NCBI GenBank assembly: GCA_010909165.1
Contig: MU008162.1
Coordinates: 1,426,001-1,490,000, forward strand
Length of the DNA stretch: 64,000 nucleotides
Direction: 5' to 3'
From: Anthoceros angustus
Lineage: Eukaryota; Plantae; Anthocerotophyta
A model generated the notes under the pieces. That model made no database searches and had not been told where the DNA came from. It worked only from the letters and a program-made list of their open reading frames with translations. Both the position numbers and the translations under genes were made by a program. Shown here one piece after another: positions 1-11,203 of the stretch; positions within the stretch are counted from its first letter, which is position 1, and each line of letters begins with the position of its first letter.

Positions 1-678
1 TCCAAGCAGATGCTGAATGCGCACTTGCCTTCCAGGCTGGTGGCGTAGTTCCTCTTCCCAGGATCATCCGGAGGCGTGTGGACGACGACCTGGCATATCC
101 GACCGTTAATTTTGTTAGTTTGATTCATCCCCCTCATGCATGCCGATACTCCGGTTTGTGTGAATCCAATTACTGTATAAATGCTTGTGAGTAGGATTTC
201 AACTCTTAATCATCTATTCAGACCTTGTTACTTGTAGTCACACATGTGGAGAAAGCGCACACGCCAAGTCTGGCTGGCTACATAGACTACTATGTACTTT
301 GTGTCTCCCATATGGGACGAAGATATGTGGTGTGGAAGTGTCACACTTTTTCTACTTCTTCAGATCGGATGCCACTTCTTGCCTTGCCTTGCCTTGCCTC
401 CAAGCAACATCCTAATTCCTGGCGTGTGCTTTGTGAAAGGCGGCACAGGCGCATACATGCCATAAAGAAGAGATCTCTATCCTTCTTCTTTGTGAACTGG
501 TCTGATCGGCCCCACCTCCTGGCGATGTGGAATCCCCGTGTGTTCCCAGAACTGTGGCTGTGTCCGGGGAGCTTGCTTCGACTAGGAGTGTTTGACTTTC
601 ACCTTTCAACCATTCCACCAGCCAACAGCTAGTTTCTGAGTTTGGCACTCTTCTGATCCATCTGCTGCTTGCTTCAGC

Positions 679-708
679 AGGGCTAGGGCTAGGGCTAGGG
701 CTAGGGCT
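679..708. repeat. (AGGGCT)5 microsatellite
   Basis: Five perfect AGGGCT hexamers read directly. Confidence 0.9.
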
Positions 709-2529
709 TCAGATGAGGGGAACTGGCAAGATGTGTTTGTGGGCAATACTGATTATTTGCCCGAGTTCATGCTTAGGCTGCCTAGAGTAGTGTTGCACAA
801 GCGTGGACGAGCTGGCATGAGATGGTCTGGCATGAATGAGATGGTCTGGTATGAGTTGAGATGGTCTGAGATGGTCCTGGCCATGAGTTGGCGAGGCTGT
901 CCGTTACCTCCGACATATAGCACCTCCAGAGATCAGGAAGAATTCAGTACTGGCACGGCGCGGATACTGTGAAGGTCAGGATATGGACGTGATGTGTTAC
1001 AGCATAGGGTCCAGTGACCTAGCTTTCCAGTGAATGCGATGTGTGTCTGGTTTGCTGGGAGGTAACAAAACAAAGCTTGATGACATGGTCTCGTAGTTTA
1101 CCGACAGTTGTCTTGACCCTGTGTTGGCTGAAGGTTCCCAACTGTTGGGGAATTCAACCAGAAAGCCAAAGCCAGCTCAAGCCTTTCAAAAGGCCGTGTC
1201 TCGGCAGCAAAAAGTTCAACGGTTGTCTTCAACCTCTCCACCGGGTTACTGTCCCCGTGACATGACAACCCCAGAATTGTCTGAACCAATTTTCAGGATT
1301 AAAAAATGGGGCCAAGTCTGCTCTGTACGTCTGAGAGACTCTTGGAATAAGATATCCGGAGTGTCACTCTCCTAGCGCTGAACCCACCATGGTTGCAAGC
1401 TGCAAGCTCTCCATCCTTCCACCATGTGGGGCATGATACAGCGCATGCGTCTGTGCCTGTGCCTGTTAGTTAGGCAGATGTGAACGTGGAGTGGTTGCAC
1501 TCCCACTCCCCACTTCCATCACCCACGTCTTCCATCAAGTGAGCTGGTTAACAGGTCTACCTCCATCCCCACAGCAGAAGACGATGCTCTGCCGGCCCAG
1601 AAAAGGATCTTGTCCGAGCAAAACAAGCTCCATCTCCATCGGCATCTGCCCCTGCATCCATCCCATCCACTCTGCTGCAGCAGTGCAGAAGCTGCTAACC
1701 CACCTCCTCGTCACATGAGCACCAACGTACACTCCCAGTACATACCCCAGGCTTCCAGGCTTCCAGCCTCCAGTTCCCGCATCAGATGCTTCCCCGAAGC
1801 TGCCGCTCCAGAAGAGAAGCCACGATAAAGCTGCCGCGGTTCGAACCCGAGTTCATTCTGGAAAGCCACGAAATCCGCCGACAAAGATCCACTTACCCCC
1901 CCGATTTACCCTGCCATTACGTTGAGCTTACCGCGTCGTCCCAAAAGATTAGTAAAACCCGGGAGCCCTAACGCGGGATGGAGCGGGCCGCCGGGGCCGG
2001 GGTGTCACATGGAGTTGGGTGCCGCACATTAGCGACAGGCTGGCCCACGCAATGCGGCCCAGACAACATGGGCTGATGCCGCCGATGGGCTTGGGAACAG
2101 CTCGCCTTGTGCGCTAGAATGGCATCGCGGGGCCCACCTTCCGAGCCCCTTGCTTCGAAATTGCTTCTCTGCTTGTTGCCTTGACCCTTTGTCGCAACCG
2201 AGTCGTTACGAAACGTGCTCGGGCACCGTTAGCCGGAAGAAACGTTTCGCAGCTGGCAGATGCGTCGTTCTTGCCAGGCCTGCTCCTGGCAGCCTTCCGC
2301 ACCCAAATTGCAAGCACCAAAAGGTGGATGCTTTGGATCTTGAAATGCGTGGTGCCGGCTGCCCCGGAAAGAAGACTCGAGACGCTTCGTCTGCATTATA
2401 TGCGTCTACATATATTTGTGTGTTTCGTTCTCCGACTTGCAAGATATGTTAGCCAATTTGTGATTGTTCCAATCCTCCAATGTTTGGATGTTCTAATTTT
2501 TCAAGTTAAGCATCCACTATGGTGGGGAA

Positions 2530-3085
2530 AAGAAGATTTTATTATAAAAAAAGATGGGAAAAATTCATCCACCCCGAAAACAAAGAGGGATAAACCCAAT
2601 GAAGGGCACCATGCCAGGGGGCACGATCATGCATTTCAAAACTACCAACCGCCCGAAGAACTTCGTGGTTAGGGATTTGAAAAGGCCTACTTACCACCGG
2701 TGTCGAAAAAGCTGCATTTCCTGCGCTCGCTGTCGTTCTGTACACTGCATTGGCCAATGCTCTCTGCAGAGCAATGGAAACCCTCTACCGGAAGAAAGCA
2801 ACAATACAAGAAAGGGGGAGGCCAACCCCATTCTTGCGGCTATGATAAGCCTTGGCGCAAGCCTTGACAAACCTAGAGAAATCCTTGCCCATGGCTCCGT
2901 GAGTCTTAATGGCAAGGGGGACGAAGGCGTGGCCATCCTGCATAGGACAATATTTGTGGAGCTTAGCCGTCGCGCATCCCTCCGCCGCCCAACCTAGAGG
3001 GTTAAGAATAACATGTTCGCAGACACTGTCCCAGGTGGGATCGGTTACAACCACATCAGCAACCGAAACCCGCTATGGTTGGACG
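2530..3085 (-). mobile_element. 5'-truncated non-LTR retrotransposon fragment: restriction-like endonuclease C-terminus (CRE/R2-group-like) plus 3' end
   Basis: Minus translation ADVVVTDP...AKLHKY...GHAFVPLAIKTHGAMG..FSRFVK...FFR*RVSIALQRALANAV matches the DV.V..P / K..KY / F.PLA.E..G / QR.S.ALQR pattern of RLE-type non-LTR elements. One in-frame stop. AATAAA on the minus strand near 2539-2544. Confidence 0.7.
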
Positions 3086-5926
3086 CTTATTTCCTCTTAC
3101 AGTACGCTGTACATCAGGGAGATAGAATGAGAAGAAGAATTCTACTTTAAGCCCATCCGCTTTTATCATAGACTTTTAATATTAGACATAGACTTTTTAT
3201 ATTAGACATCTACTTTGTGGCGATGCAAGTATATCTTTTTTAGGCAATATCTAGATATCAACCTAAGAATTGGGAGCTTGATAACAGTAGCTTGTTTTCC
3301 CTTCTTGGCACTTGATTTAGGTACTAGTCCAAGAATAGGGAGCCTGGATATGTGACACCATTAGCAATTGAATGCGATACATTACCAGCATATTTTGGAA
3401 ATGGATATCTAATAGGAGTTATTTATTCATGTACTACTTCCCTTACATAGGAAAGAGGCATACATCGTAACATAATATTCCATATGCAAATCACAAGTTC
3501 ATGGTCATTTGCCAAGAGCCATTGATGGAAATAATAGATTTTACAAGCAACAATATATATAGGGTCACTCTCCCTAATAGGTCATATGCACATTGCATGG
3601 GAGCATCGCACTAAGTGTGTATATCAATTTGCTTCTCAATGCATTGTACCTAATACACTTTCAATGTTCCATTACGGCAATGTCTGTAGACGCTAGCGCA
3701 TCAAAACTCCAAGATTAAGCATTTTCCTTTTCCGATCAGGTCTTAGATGAGGAATCTATTACTCGCTTTTGATGCTAAATATTGTATCCTACACAATTCT
3801 ATCTTCACTCTTTCGCGAGAGATGACATGGCTCAGATGTGGCCAAGGCATGCACCGCCGGCAACATAAAGCTTGCACTTTGGAAAAGAGAGAGAGTAAAT
3901 GACAAAGCAACATTATACCCCAGACGAACTTTAGTGATCGGCGAAAAAATCCTGATAAATTTCTCAAAATAATAAATATTGGCTGTCTTGGAATATATTA
4001 TTAGAAGCCTCGGGAACTAGCTTGTTCAATAACCAATCTGTTAGGGTAATGTATCCTACTTGTAATTAATGTAGACTTGTTGGAAGCATAAGGCGGCGGG
4101 AAAAGACATTTATTAGTCTCAAATACAACAAATCGTTTTCAATATGCTCAACAATTGATGCATTACTGTCCTCGAAAAGCTCGAAAGAGTAATGTGGATT
4201 ACGCATTGAGGAATGTAGCTAGTTAGTTGGTTAGCTAAACCTTTGATCAGTATATGCGAGAAAAACACTATTCTTTAGAAGGTTACAATAGACAAAAAAA
4301 GTTTGGATACATTACCCCGACGAATCGGTCATTGGACAAGCTGGTTCGCAAGACTCCTAACGATGTATTCCAATGTGACTGATATTTATCATTTCAAGAA
4401 ATGATCAAGAATTATGTTGCTTCGTTGCAAAAATGTATGAGAGAAGTAGACCGCGTCGTGCTTATGGTTCTTGTTAGACCAGAAATCTCAGTGCACAAAT
4501 ACATAAAAACAGGTTTGACAAATTCTTTACATTGCGTTTGCTTTTGATGGTGATCCAATGGGTAGGTTCTTAAGTCCTTACTTGCAAAATTTATCTTTTG
4601 AATTGATACGATAAAGGATAGAAATCTTAAAATAACACTTTTGTTCCTTGAGTGGTTGTCTCCCATAGGTAGACTCTAGTATGTAGTTTGGAAGGTAAAA
4701 GTAGGTTCTTTTTTATGTTATTCATTTACAGCGGGAAGGATTATGCTTCTATATCATCAAAATGGGATTCGGACGATTAGATGGGAATGCTCTCCGAACA
4801 ACTAGTGGAGCATGGGTTACAAAATATTTTTTTTTTTGCAGAAAATAGAGGAGAAAACTACAAATCTGTAAAATATTTTACTTCTTCGGTACATGTCTAC
4901 CTACTTGTATGGAGAAGCTTATTGATAACAAGCGCTTGGGGGTTAATGACGCCTTGCTCCCTCTTGTCTTGGTAACTATATTGTTTAGGAAATTGAATTT
5001 GAGATGGCGGATTGTGATGCTATGCTTTGAACTTGAGAAATTTTTGTCTTGGTTAGGATATCATGACACCACATGTTGTTGTGAAGATTTTTCAATAGGT
5101 TGAAAGCAGGTTGTTTCCCGAGATTCTGGCTTTGAAAGAAGCTTGGCAGACTTTGAAAGAAGCTTGGCAAAAAACGTATTAATTATGTCTTTTTGCCTTG
5201 AGTCAGATGATCAACTTAAGGTTATGAAAACAAGGTCCGCACTACATACAACTAAATCGTATATCAGCTTGATTTTTTCTGGGCAAGCGAATATGCAAAT
5301 TGGATTTGATGTTTATAATTGAATAATTAAAAATAATTATTTTAATAAATGGTTATTATTAAAAGAAATAGAAATTCATGTAAATATAAATATGAATGTG
5401 AATATGTATGTATACTTATAGGTTCTTGTAAATATTGTCCAAATGGCTTAGGTCAAATGAACACATACTTACAAGAACGTTGCTCGTTAACCATCCTTCG
5501 CTCTGATCAGTACTCTAATGAGGTGCGCAAAGGGAGTGGATGCCCTTGGTGCTAGTAGATGAGGCACACCATGGTACAAGTTGTTAAATACCCAGTCCCA
5601 TAATACGAAAATTCCATCCAAGTGGACTCTAATACAATGCTTCTTTTTCTTCTTCTATGCTCATATCATGTAAAAATTTTATAAAATTAGTTAAGTCGAA
5701 GGATCATATCAACTACGGTAGTACTTTATTTTCATCTAGTTTGATTGAACTTTTGAGATCTACCATAATAAATAGATAAATATTAAGTTCTCACAAATAA
5801 TTTGAAGGAAAAGTGCCCTCTTCTCTTTTCACAAGTATCCCCTCACTTTGTCTTATAACTTTGTTCCATTTCTTATGGTTATTTCTCATTTGTGTAAACA
5901 CTACGAAAATTTCCCAAGTACTCTTA

Positions 5927-6358
5927 ACAACCTAGTCCTAGAATATGTAAGTTCGACACTCAAAACCATCCACTAGTTCTCCTTTCACTATAGGGTACCA
6001 AACCCAAGTAATTGCGGGCATGAACTATGTGGTAAGTATTTTTTACTTCAACCTAGTTAAGAACATGTAAGTACGACACTTACAACTACCCATTAACTCC
6101 TTCTGCCTAAGGGTACCAAACCCACCCGATTGCGTGCATGAACTCGGCGGTCAGTAAGTTTTCTCCTTCAACCTACATATGTATTCAAGGACGCGTAAGT
6201 CGGACACTTACAACTACCCATGGCACCAACTCTTTCCACTAAGGAGTACCAAACCCACGGGATTGCTTGCCTGAATGGGTAAGTCTGACACTTACAACTA
6301 CCCACCAACTCTTTCCACTAAGAGGTACCAAACCCATGTGGTTGCGTGCATGAACTAG
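5927..6358. repeat. Diverged tandem repeat, 4 units (about 80-130 bp)
   Basis: Recurring blocks GTAAGTnnGACACTyA, GGTACCAAACCCA and TTGCGnGCATGAACT at about 5947, 6067, 6196 and 6279. Confidence 0.8.
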
Positions 6359-6384
6359 TGCTCAAGTCACACAACCATGTCAAA

Positions 6385-6957
6385 CGCACTCACATTGTCC
6401 TTTCATTGTTTTAAGAATCTTCTCGGGCCAAAACATCTAAGTACTCGCACTCACTTTGTCCTTTCATTGTTTTAAGAATCTCCGTAGGCCAAAACGTCTA
6501 AGTACTCGCACTCACTTTGTCCTTTCACTGTTGTAAGAATCTCCATGGGCCAAAACGTCTAATACTCTCTTTGTGCGCCGCTATGAGGAGCCCCACAGTT
6601 CGTGTGACACTCACTTTGTCCTTCATTATAAGAATCACCAATGTTCGCAACCCACTCAAGGCAAGTTCACTGATGAGACGCACTCATTTTATCCCTCCGT
6701 TCTAAGGATCCACGTACGAAACACACTCATTCTATCCCTTCATTCTAAGAGGAGTCCACGGCTCAAAAGATACTCATTTTATCCGTTCATCTAAGGCTCC
6801 ACATCTCCAACGCACTCATTATATCCTTTCATTCTAAGGATTCCAAGACGGAAACATTGTCCATACTCATTTTATCCGTTCATCTAAGGCTCCACATCTC
6901 CAACGCACTCATTATATCCTTTCATTCTAAGGATTCCAAGACGGAAACATTGTCCAT
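6385..6957. repeat. Minisatellite built on a CACTCAyTTTrTCCyTTCATTyTAAGrA core, with 61-bp x3 and 93-bp x2 higher-order units
   Basis: Core at about 6387, 6448, 6509, 6608, 6681, 6724, 6771, 6813, 6864 and 6906. 6385-6567 is 3x61 bp. 6770-6957 is 2x93 bp. Confidence 0.85.
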
Positions 6958-8720
6958 TCTCTTGTACCACTGTTTCTATTGTGGAGCACTCAAATTCTTA
7001 CACAAGCCATTTTTGTCTTTAGAGAATGTTACACAAGCCATTTTGTACCAATGAAAAACAGATGTTTATTTTAATTTCTATTATCTTGTCATCTTATCAC
7101 CCACTTCCTTGTTTCTATTGCTGTCTGAATTTATGTCAAGGTGGATGGACTAGGATTAAGAGGAAGATGGTCGTGGTTGATTGTGAAGTCAAAGTGGCCA
7201 CCCACTCTCCATCAGAACTGCGCCACTCACGAAAAGGAAACTGCAGGAATAGCAAAGCCGCGTACCCAAGTCGTTCACGGCCCGCGTTGCCGCATAGGAA
7301 ACTGCAAGTAAGAGACTGCATATGTCCCTTCCTAGATGGACTTGTAAAAGTGTAGACGAGTGAAAGAAGCCGACTAGAAAATATTCTCACCCCGAGGGAG
7401 GTCGGTACTTACGGTTGCCGCCGGAATCGGATTACAGTACGCTGTTAACCCCAAAGTGGTGAGATCTGGAGGCGGATCTGCGAGGGGATTGAATCATGCA
7501 AGCACGGCTGGAGGTAACCCGGGGTCCGAAATTCTGACGCCGGGTCGTGTAAGTGCAACTGGCAGAGCGGAAGGATGGTGGGGCCGCGGGCCTGCCGGTG
7601 CAGGATCGAGACCCGTACGCGCGCATTCAAATGTAGTTGTACATAATAGTATTGAATTATGGCAGGAGCGGGTCACGGTAACCCTAGCTGGAGTAAATGG
7701 CGGAAGCGCGTGGACCGTGCGGGTCTCACGGCAGGAGCTAACCCGGGGTTAAAAGAGGCAATGTGCCTCTGCAGCCGCGCCATGTGGTGCCGTGACTAGG
7801 GTTGCCAGGGCTTAACCAGACAGCTGGAACAACTGCCTCTCTCTCTCTGCTGCCTGCCTGCCTGGCAGGCCGCGCTGCGTGCACTGCGCTCGCCTGTGGT
7901 TGCCAGATCTGCACCCTGATTGCAGCCCGGATGCGGGCAATGTTGGGGGAAGGGAGCGAGGATCGTGTGCGCTCGTCTGCGCGCTGCAATTTTGTGCGGG
8001 TAGCTACCGGCTGCGGCCGCAGGTGCTGCGGGAGGCGGGAGATTGAGGAGGCCGCTGGCCGGGCGGGGTCGGGGATCCGGCGAGTTACTGCGTGTTGGTG
8101 TTGCGATTCTGCGCGCAGCTCGATTGGTGCAGGCGGGATTGAGTAGGCGGAATGCGGCTCAGAGTGATCTGCTTTGCCTAGGACGAGGAGGAGGAAGAAG
8201 GAAGGAGTGAGGAGGAAGAAAGGAGGAGGAGGAAGGAATCAGGAGGAAGGTTTTGAGGAGTGGAGTGGAGTGGAATAGAGTCCTTGGAGTAGAAGGAGTG
8301 GGAACAGGAGAACTGTGAGGTTTGCTGTTTTCTTCTCAGTTTGGAGCGGGCTGGTGTTGGTGTATGCGTTGTCCATCCTTCGGTTGTATATGAGACAGCG
8401 AGCGGGGAGTAAGCTGCGCGATTTGAGCGCCGATAGCGCGTTCAGGGAGCGGGGGACGGGAGAGGATGCAGTTGCGCGGCTTGGAGAGTCGGCAGAGCTG
8501 AATTGGAGGCACTGCAGGTTCCGTGGCCGGGGGGAGGGGAGCTGAGGTTGAGGAGGAGGCGGAGCGGAAGCTGAGGCGGAAGCTTCGTCGACTGGCTGAG
8601 GTCCGGTTTGGGAGGAGGAGGAGGTGGTGGAAGCCTCCGGCTCTGTTGATCCTGGCATCGCGTGTTTTGTTCAGGCGCAAGTCGGCCTTGCTGATACGGC
8701 ACAGGGAGAGGTTGGATATA

Positions 8721-9839
8721 ATGGTGTGGACGCTGCGGCTATGGGGGATGGCTTCCGCAATTATTATGTCCGTCATGCTGTTGCCGTCGATGCAGTCCTG
8801 GTCCCCCGCCGAGGCCAGGTCCACACGGTTTGGGAGTGATGACTTTGCGTCTTTGCTCCATGATCCGGCTCTAGGATCGGCGGGGGACATTCCTGTGTTC
8901 CGCGAGGCTCCGTCTTTTCGCAACGGCAAGGAGTGTTTTATTCTGAAGCAGTCCAATGAGCTGGCCGGTGTTTGTGACATCAGTGCGGTGCATATTGCTA
9001 TGACGCTTGATGTGGCTTACTTGCGGGGGTCCATGGCTGCCATTCTGTCCATCTTGCAGCACGCAGGGTGTCCGGAGAACTTTGTCTTCCACTTTTTGGT
9101 GTCGGACAGGGATGCGGAGCTGCGGACTGTTGTGCGCTCTACTTTCCCGTTTCTCCGCTTCAAGCTGTATCATTTTGATGAGGATCTGGTGAAGTCGCGT
9201 ATCTCGTCTTCGGTGCGGGAGGCCCTGGAGCAGCCGCTCAACTATGCGCGGAACTACCTAGCGGACATCCTGGAGCCTTGCGTGCAGAGAGTGATCTATT
9301 TGGACTCGGATTTGGTTGTGGTGGATGACATTGCGAAGCTTTGGGGAACTAGTTTGGGCTCGTACGCTCTCGGTGCGCCCGAGTACTGCCACGCCAACTT
9401 CAGCAAGTATTTCACTGCGGCGTTCTGGGCGGACGAGAACCTGGCCCGGGCTTTCAACGGGCGCACCCCTTGCTACTTCAACACGGGAGTGATGGTTATT
9501 GACTTGGCCAAGTGGCGACGGGAGAGTTACACCAAGTTGATTGAGGTTTGGATGGACATTCAAAAGGAGAAGCGCATCTACGACCTGGGGTCATTGCCCC
9601 CGTTTTTGCTTGTATTTGCTGGCAGTGTAGAGCCCATTGAGCACAGGTGGAACCAGCACGGACTTGGGGGAGACAATCTAGAAGGCCGCTGCCGTGCGCT
9701 ACATCCGGGCCCGGTCAGCTTGCTGCATTGGAGCGGGAAGGGGAAGCCTTGGATGCGACTGGACGCCAATAGACCCTGCCCGTTGGATAGCCTGTGGGCA
9801 CCCTATGATCTGTTATTGACTGCCGTGGCCTACCAGTGA
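8721..9839 (+). CDS. GATL: Galacturonosyltransferase-like protein (GT8, GATL family), intronless, 372 aa
   Basis: Motifs [48 protein letters not shown] (DxD), [45 protein letters not shown]. The ORF track starts at GTG 8523. The first ATG, 8721 (MVWTLRLWG... hydrophobic anchor), fits GATL N-termini. Confidence 0.95.
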   Translation: MVWTLRLWGMASAIIMSVMLLPSMQSWSPAEARSTRFGSDDFASLLHDPALGSAGDIPVFREAPSFRNGKECFILKQSNELAGVCDISAVHIAMTLDVAYLRGSMAAILSILQHAGCPENFVFHFLVSDRDAELRTVVRSTFPFLRFKLYHFDEDLVKSRISSSVREALEQPLNYARNYLADILEPCVQRVIYLDSDLVVVDDIAKLWGTSLGSYALGAPEYCHANFSKYFTAAFWADENLARAFNGRTPCYFNTGVMVIDLAKWRRESYTKLIEVWMDIQKEKRIYDLGSLPPFLLVFAGSVEPIEHRWNQHGLGGDNLEGRCRALHPGPVSLLHWSGKGKPWMRLDANRPCPLDSLWAPYDLLLTAVAYQ

Positions 9840-11203
9840 GAGAGGTGACTTCAGGTCCGCCGGGGGGCCAGGTCGCAATAACCGCAGGTGTTGGAAATCT
9901 GGAGGTGCAAGAAGCATGGGCACCGGTAAATTCCCCTTTATCCTGAAACAGGGGTCTGGAATCCAATTATCTGGGCCGCTGATTAATTCTTTACAGCCAA
10001 CAGAATAAGCCATCCAGGATCTGGCACCTGAGTCAGGCCCTCGATGTGCAGCTCACCCCTATAGGAACCCGTCCACCACTTTGGCCAACCCTTCCTGTGT
10101 CCCACATTAGCAACCACATGCATGGATCGCGTGCATGTGTTTCCGATCGGCAGTGGATGTTTTTGGATTGCAGGACGTTTTGGCAAGCAGGTGCCGGTAA
10201 CATGAATCCGACCATGTTCCCGGAAGGCCTCAGGCTCTGCAGTGCAGCTGTTAACGCCGAAAGACTGACGGTGATGAGGATTTTGAAGAAGGTGGAATGA
10301 AGCCCGCTGGTCACTTTCTCGTGCCCTTGTGCATGCAGTACCCTGCCGCAGTGTTGCTGAGGGCCTGCAGGTGACTTCAAATTTTCCCTTATGGGAGCAG
10401 TGGTAATTAGACTGGGTTCGGGGCCATTTCCCAAGCTGTCTTGCTGAAGAGCGTCTTCATCTTGACCTGGATGGCTTGCACGCCGTACCATGATTGTATG
10501 CGCACATGCCTTAAGTATTCATGAAAACATAAAGAGTTTGTCTCAACTCCTGTTGCGTGTATGCATCTCCTGTTGTAGTATAAACGTTTAATTCTAGCGT
10601 CTTATCACCACCTGTGGCTGGCGGAACGCCCTCATTGTAAGGTGGAGGTGGAGACGCCTATGCACCGTGTCACCGACATCACCTCACAGGCTCTCTTCGG
10701 CAGTCATTGCGCATTGCCAAACGAACCGCAATCAAATGCAATGTATCATGGTATGACTACATTATGTAGTGGCATCCAATCCAGATTGGTTTTGCTATGT
10801 TATACATTTGTCACAAATTGCGGAGGATATTTTAAGCTCCACACGGGCAAAAGTATGGCCCACAAGAAAAACAGAAGTTCCTGGAGCTCTCTCACAGGTC
10901 CAGGTCAAACGTCAAACCATTCACAAGCTGTAGTGACCGCCAGGCTGCGCGGACACGCTTACCAGCTGGCTCCCGCTCCCGACTCTTCGGCATCTCAATT
11001 TTGTTTCTGGCATCCACACATGCTATATCTAAGGTGGCCCCTGGAACACTACAACTTGAATTCCAAAGTTCACCTGACCTGTAGGGTGTAGCACCAGGAG
11101 GGTTTCGGTTTCGGTTTCGCTCTGAAGTAAAACAGCTGCCAAAACTTGTAGCCTCGCCAACACCATGATTGGTCCCGAAGTCCATGTATTCACAGCTGCA
11201 ATC

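Noticed and set aside
679-708. Interstitial telomere
   Set aside because: The unit is CTAGGG rather than TTTAGGG and there are only five copies. Ordinary microsatellite.
1-1850. Possible minus-strand spliced gene (splice-like signals; peptides such as VERLKTTVELFAAETRPFERLELALAFWL and a faintly B3-like SQTWRVRF)
   Set aside because: I could not build a stop-free, phase-consistent exon chain or recognise a family.
6385-6957. CRISPR-like repeat/spacer appearance
   Set aside because: Cores are degenerate, linkers vary in length and are themselves duplicated, there are no cas genes, and the context is eukaryotic.
8523-8720. GTG-initiated N-terminal extension of GATL
   Set aside because: Purine-rich 5' UTR-like sequence. 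ATG 8721 gives the typical GATL N-terminus.
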